Positions 60,681 to 64,000 of a stretch of 64,000 bases of DNA are shown in pieces. A program made the position numbers and the translations under genes. Each line of letters begins with the position of its first letter. The stretch's first letter is position 1. The notes beneath the pieces were generated by a model. It was not told the origin of the DNA, searched no databases, and saw only the letters and a list, made by a program, of their open reading frames with translations. Origin of the DNA: an uncultured delta proteobacterium (lineage in GTDB: Bacteria > Myxococcota_A > Polyangia > Polyangiales > Polyangiaceae); contig CAWAIF010000003.1 of the NCBI GenBank assembly GCA_963782055.1, positions 1,696,001-1,760,000 of the forward strand. Direction: 5' to 3'.

Positions 60681-61975
60681 CGGGCGTCCTTCCCGACGAA
60701 GACGGTGAGGGTGAGGCCCGCCTGGTAGAGGTTGGCTCGCGAGGCGAAGCCGGGGTAGCCCAGGTTGGTGATCTGCTGGCCGGGCGTGTTCGGGTCGGCG
60801 TCGGCGATCTTGCCGGGGTCCTTCATCGCGCTCTGCAGTCCGCCGAGGCGCGTGCGCACGTGGGCGTCGATGGCGACGGGCCAGTGGAGCAGCGGGCGGA
60901 AGTCGACGCCGCCGCCCAGGCCGAGCACCAGGCTGCTGCCACCGAGGTAGTTGGTGCCGCCCACCTGCTCGGGGATGGGCGAGGGCTCGACCGCCCAGCC
61001 CGCGCGCAGGGCGAAGATGTGACGGCGGCAGCGCCACTCCAGCCCCTGCCGCACGCTCACGGTGTCGCCGAAGGGCTGGTCGAGGGGGCGGCCGAAGCCG
61101 TCGCGGAAGTCAGACCAGCGGTGGACGGTGACGTCGGTGGAGACGGTGAGGCCGGCGAGGGGGCCGACGGCTGCGCCGAAGACGAGCTCGGCGGGATCCC
61201 AGAAGGCGAGGAAGTCGATGGGGTCGTCGGCGAGGATGCCGCCGGCGACCGTTCGCTGGCTGCCGCTGGCGCGGGAGATCGACCTGTCGCGATAGACGAC
61301 TGCGAGGGAGAGCTTCTGGAGCGGCCGGCCGCGCACGCCGAAGAAGGGGGACGCCTCGAAGGTGAGGTTGCGGTCGAGCCGGACGACGACGTCGCGGCTG
61401 ATGTCCTTGTCGCGGCTGGCGTCGTAGGTGACGACCGTCGGGGTGTCGAGCGAGGGCGTGACCGCGAGGCCGGCGCCGAGCTGGAGGCGGTCGAAGAGCT
61501 GCACCGCGAGGGTGCCGATGGTGCTGAGGCGATCGGGGCGGCTGCTGTACAGAGGCGAGGTGGGGGTGTCGAGGCGCTCCTGGACGGTGACCTGAAGGAC
61601 GTGCTCGGCGGGCACATCCATGGCGAAGCCAACGCGGAAGCGGCGGAGCCACGCGGGGCCGGGGAGCGGAGTGGCGGCGGCGAAGCCGAAGCCGCCGAAC
61701 CAGCGGCTCATGTCCTGGTGTGGCTCGCCGGAGCGCGCGAACCACTGGTCGAGGCGGTCGGCGTGGCCGGTGAAGAGGACGGCTGGGCCTTGCAGGTCGG
61801 CGAGGCCCGCGGGGTTGAGGAGCATCGTGCCGAGGCTGCCGGGCATGGCGCTGACGGCGTTCGCCATCGCGGCCGGCCGGGAGGTCTCGCCGAACGCGGT
61901 GCCCGCCGTGGCGTGTGCGTCGCCCGCGGCCGCGAGCGTGGCGAGCGTCACGAGCAGCCCGGCGACGTGGCGCAT
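60677..61975 (-). CDS. Second FadL/OmpP1-like outer-membrane transporter
   Basis: AAMANA..MLLNPAGL, LRAGWAVEPSPIPEQ. Confidence 0.82.
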   Translation of the reverse strand: MRHVAGLLVTLATLAAAGDAHATAGTAFGETSRPAAMANAVSAMPGSLGTMLLNPAGLADLQGPAVLFTGHADRLDQWFARSGEPHQDMSRWFGGFGFAAATPLPGPAWLRRFRVGFAMDVPAEHVLQVTVQERLDTPTSPLYSSRPDRLSTIGTLAVQLFDRLQLGAGLAVTPSLDTPTVVTYDASRDKDISRDVVVRLDRNLTFEASPFFGVRGRPLQKLSLAVVYRDRSISRASGSQRTVAGGILADDPIDFLAFWDPAELVFGAAVGPLAGLTVSTDVTVHRWSDFRDGFGRPLDQPFGDTVSVRQGLEWRCRRHIFALRAGWAVEPSPIPEQVGGTNYLGGSSLVLGLGGGVDFRPLLHWPVAIDAHVRTRLGGLQSAMKDPGKIADADPNTPGQQITNLGYPGFASRANLYQAGLTLTVFVGKDAR

Positions 61976-62412
61976 CACTTCACCGGGAGCGGGCACGCGC
62001 CGCTGGCGTCCGGAGGCGTGACGGCGATGGTGCTCCGGGCGATGCCGACACCCCCCGCGGCGTTCTCCACGCGCAGGGTCACGTGGAGGGGCCGGTCGGC
62101 GGCCATCGTCACGCTGAGCGCTTCACCGATGAGGTCGTCGCCATCGCCGAGCTGGTAGTCCGAGCCGGAGAAGGACCAGAGGTACTTCAGCGGCGGGGCG
62201 CCGGGGTCCGGCCGGACGTAGACGAGGGTGAGGTTGGGGGCCGACTGCTTGGCGTCCAGGTGGATGGTGGTGTGGTACCCGTCCCCCAGACAGACGGCAG
62301 TGGGGTCGGCGTTGATGACGGCGGAGGGCTCCGGCGGGGGAGGGGAGCCGCACGCCGCCAGCACGCCGGCGACCACCCCCCACGCCACGATGCCCCCGAG
62401 CCCCAGCCTCAT
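61975..62412 (-). CDS. Small lipoprotein with PKD/Ig-like domain
   Basis: Lipobox LAAC, IHLDAKQS..LKYLWSF..VTLRVEN. Confidence 0.7.
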   Translation of the reverse strand: MRLGLGGIVAWGVVAGVLAACGSPPPPEPSAVINADPTAVCLGDGYHTTIHLDAKQSAPNLTLVYVRPDPGAPPLKYLWSFSGSDYQLGDGDDLIGEALSVTMAADRPLHVTLRVENAAGGVGIARSTIAVTPPDASGACPLPVK

Positions 62413-62809
62413 CCGGACGCCATCTTTGCGCCCGTCGAATGGGGAGCGCAAGGCGGCCGTACCGCGGAATCCCCCCCGGACGTCCGACTGCAAGCGTCCT
62501 TGCAATGGTGCGCCCGGGCCCGGCCGTGGGCTGGAGCCCCCAGACGGAGGGCCCCAGGAAGAGAGGACCTTTCAGCGGCGGCCCTTGCGAAACGCACGGG
62601 AATCGCTAAAGTGCTCGCACTCACGAGAACGTTATCCGCACCTTCACGCTCTCCGATTCGGGATCGTTACGCTGCGCTGCGTTGTCACGTGAGGACGCGA
62701 GAAAACCAAGCAACATTCTCCTTCTCGCGCGCCTCCCACCGATCCCGACGGCCCATTGGATGGCAGGCAGCATGGTCACGACTGGGCTGTCTCGAGACGA
62801 GACAAAGCA

Positions 62810-63160
62810 ATGGGTAACCGACTCTACGTAGGCAATCTCTCCTTCAACTCCACCACCGACACCCTCCGCCAGCATTTTTCGGCGTTCGGTGAGGTCACCG
62901 ACGTGCACGTGGTGACCGACCGCGAGACCGGCCGCTCCCGCGGCTTCGGTTTCGTAACCATGGGCTCGGCCGACGAGGCGGCGAAGGCGATCGCCGAGAT
63001 GAACGGCGCCGTCATCGACGGTCGTCCCCTCCGCGTCAACGAGGCTGAGGAGCGTCAGAACCGCGGCGGCGGCGGTGGCGGCGGCTTCGGCGGTGGCGGC
63101 GGCGGCGGTTACGGCGGCGGCGGCGGCGGTGGCCGCGGCGGCAAGCGCGACCGCTGGTGA
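62810..63160 (+). CDS. RRM RNA-binding protein with Gly-rich tail
   Basis: RNP2 LYVGNL, RNP1 RGFGFV. Confidence 0.96.
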   Translation: MGNRLYVGNLSFNSTTDTLRQHFSAFGEVTDVHVVTDRETGRSRGFGFVTMGSADEAAKAIAEMNGAVIDGRPLRVNEAEERQNRGGGGGGGFGGGGGGGYGGGGGGGRGGKRDRW

Positions 63161-63274
63161 TTCGCCGTCGCGCGGGCGCCCTCTCTGTCATGGAGAGGGC
63201 GCCCGTCGCGACGCTTCTCCCCGCGGCAGGCCGCGAGCGGTCTGGCTCCGCGCTCCCTCGCACAGGAGGTGACG

Positions 63275-63466
63275 ATGGGCAACCCCAGCATCAGCAAGCG
63301 TCAGAAAGAAAAAAACCGCCAGGACAAGCGACGCGACAAGCTCGCGAGGCGGCAGGAGCGAAAGACCACCCGCGATGACGCGCCGGCCGCTCCGCCGGGC
63401 GTAGACCCTGACATCGCCGGCATCATTCCTGGTCCCCAGCCGATCCCGGAAGAGATGCTGGACTAG
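63275..63466 (+). CDS. Small basic conserved hypothetical protein
   Basis: AGGAGG RBS; KRQKEKNRQDK..DPDIAGIIPGPQP. Confidence 0.7.
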   Translation: MGNPSISKRQKEKNRQDKRRDKLARRQERKTTRDDAPAAPPGVDPDIAGIIPGPQPIPEEMLD

Positions 63467-63471
63467 CCGTC

Positions 63472-64000
63472 GTGACGGACGGCACGCACGCTCACGCCTA
63501 CGCGCAGCTCGCGGGCGTTCGGCTGCATTACATCGAGGCGGGGCAAGGTCCACTGGTCGTGCTGTTGCACGGCTTCCCGGAGTACTGCGGCGCGTGGCGC
63601 GCGCAGCTCGTCGCGCTCACGGGCGCGGGATTCCGGGTGGTCGCGCCGGACATGAGGGGCTACGGCCTGTCGGACAAGCCGGCGGGGGTGCGCTCCTATG
63701 GCGCGCGCGCTCTCGCGGAGGACGTGGCCGGGCTCATCCGCGCGTGCGGCGCGGAGCGCGCCACGGTCGTCGGGCACGACTGGGGCGGCGGCGTGGCGTG
63801 GGCGTTCGCGATGGCGCACCCCGAGCTGCTGGAGCGTCTGGTGATCCTGGACAGTCCGCACCCGGCGCGGTTCGTCCGCGCGCTGCGCACGGCGCGGCAG
63901 CTCAAGAAGAGCTGGTACATGTTCGCGATGCTCCCGCCGCGCCTACCGGAGGCGATGCTGCGCCGGGATGACTTCGCGATGCTGAAGGCGCCGCTGCTCC
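63472..64000 (+). CDS. Alpha/beta hydrolase (epoxide-hydrolase-like), runs off the right edge
   Basis: LHYIEAGQGPLVVLLHGFPE, APDMRGYGLSDKP, VGHDWGG. Confidence 0.9.
   Translation, partial: MTDGTHAHAYAQLAGVRLHYIEAGQGPLVVLLHGFPEYCGAWRAQLVALTGAGFRVVAPDMRGYGLSDKPAGVRSYGARALAEDVAGLIRACGAERATVVGHDWGGGVAWAFAMAHPELLERLVILDSPHPARFVRALRTARQLKKSWYMFAMLPPRLPEAMLRRDDFAMLKAPLL

Noticed and set aside
63063..63140. GGC trinucleotide run
   Set aside because: Ordinary Gly-rich tail of an RRM protein.

Overview
A very GC-rich window that looks like a myxobacterial chromosome (Myxococcota, probably Polyangiales). This is inferred from the many Cys-lipoproteins with 'DAG' linkers, a MYXO-CTERM-type tail, a Ser/Thr kinase-TPR protein and sigma54-type promoters. 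About 60 CDS are present; no rRNA, tRNA, CRISPR array or recognisable transposase was seen. Core content: a glgE-treS/mak-glgB alpha-glucan operon (29.5-36.8 kb), a lipoprotein/2x FadL-like/RND efflux cluster (54-62.4 kb), an OPT transporter, a GH25 lysozyme with FG-GAP repeats, a VapBC-type TA pair, SDRs, GST, glycosyltransferases and an RRM protein. Several genes are damaged: a frameshifted DnaJ-like gene, an amber-interrupted GT1, a deleted serpin and a Cys-rich remnant. The most unusual structure is an ~85-bp hairpin repeat present three times. Two copies face each other as inverted repeats around a 4.3-kb, visibly less GC-rich island (25.0-29.5 kb) carrying a DUF5131 + TcmP pair, a coiled-coil membrane protein and a DUF559 endonuclease, whose start codon lies inside a 28-bp inverted repeat. 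The third copy follows a Uma2 endonuclease gene. All product calls come from motif recognition by eye; no database searches were run.
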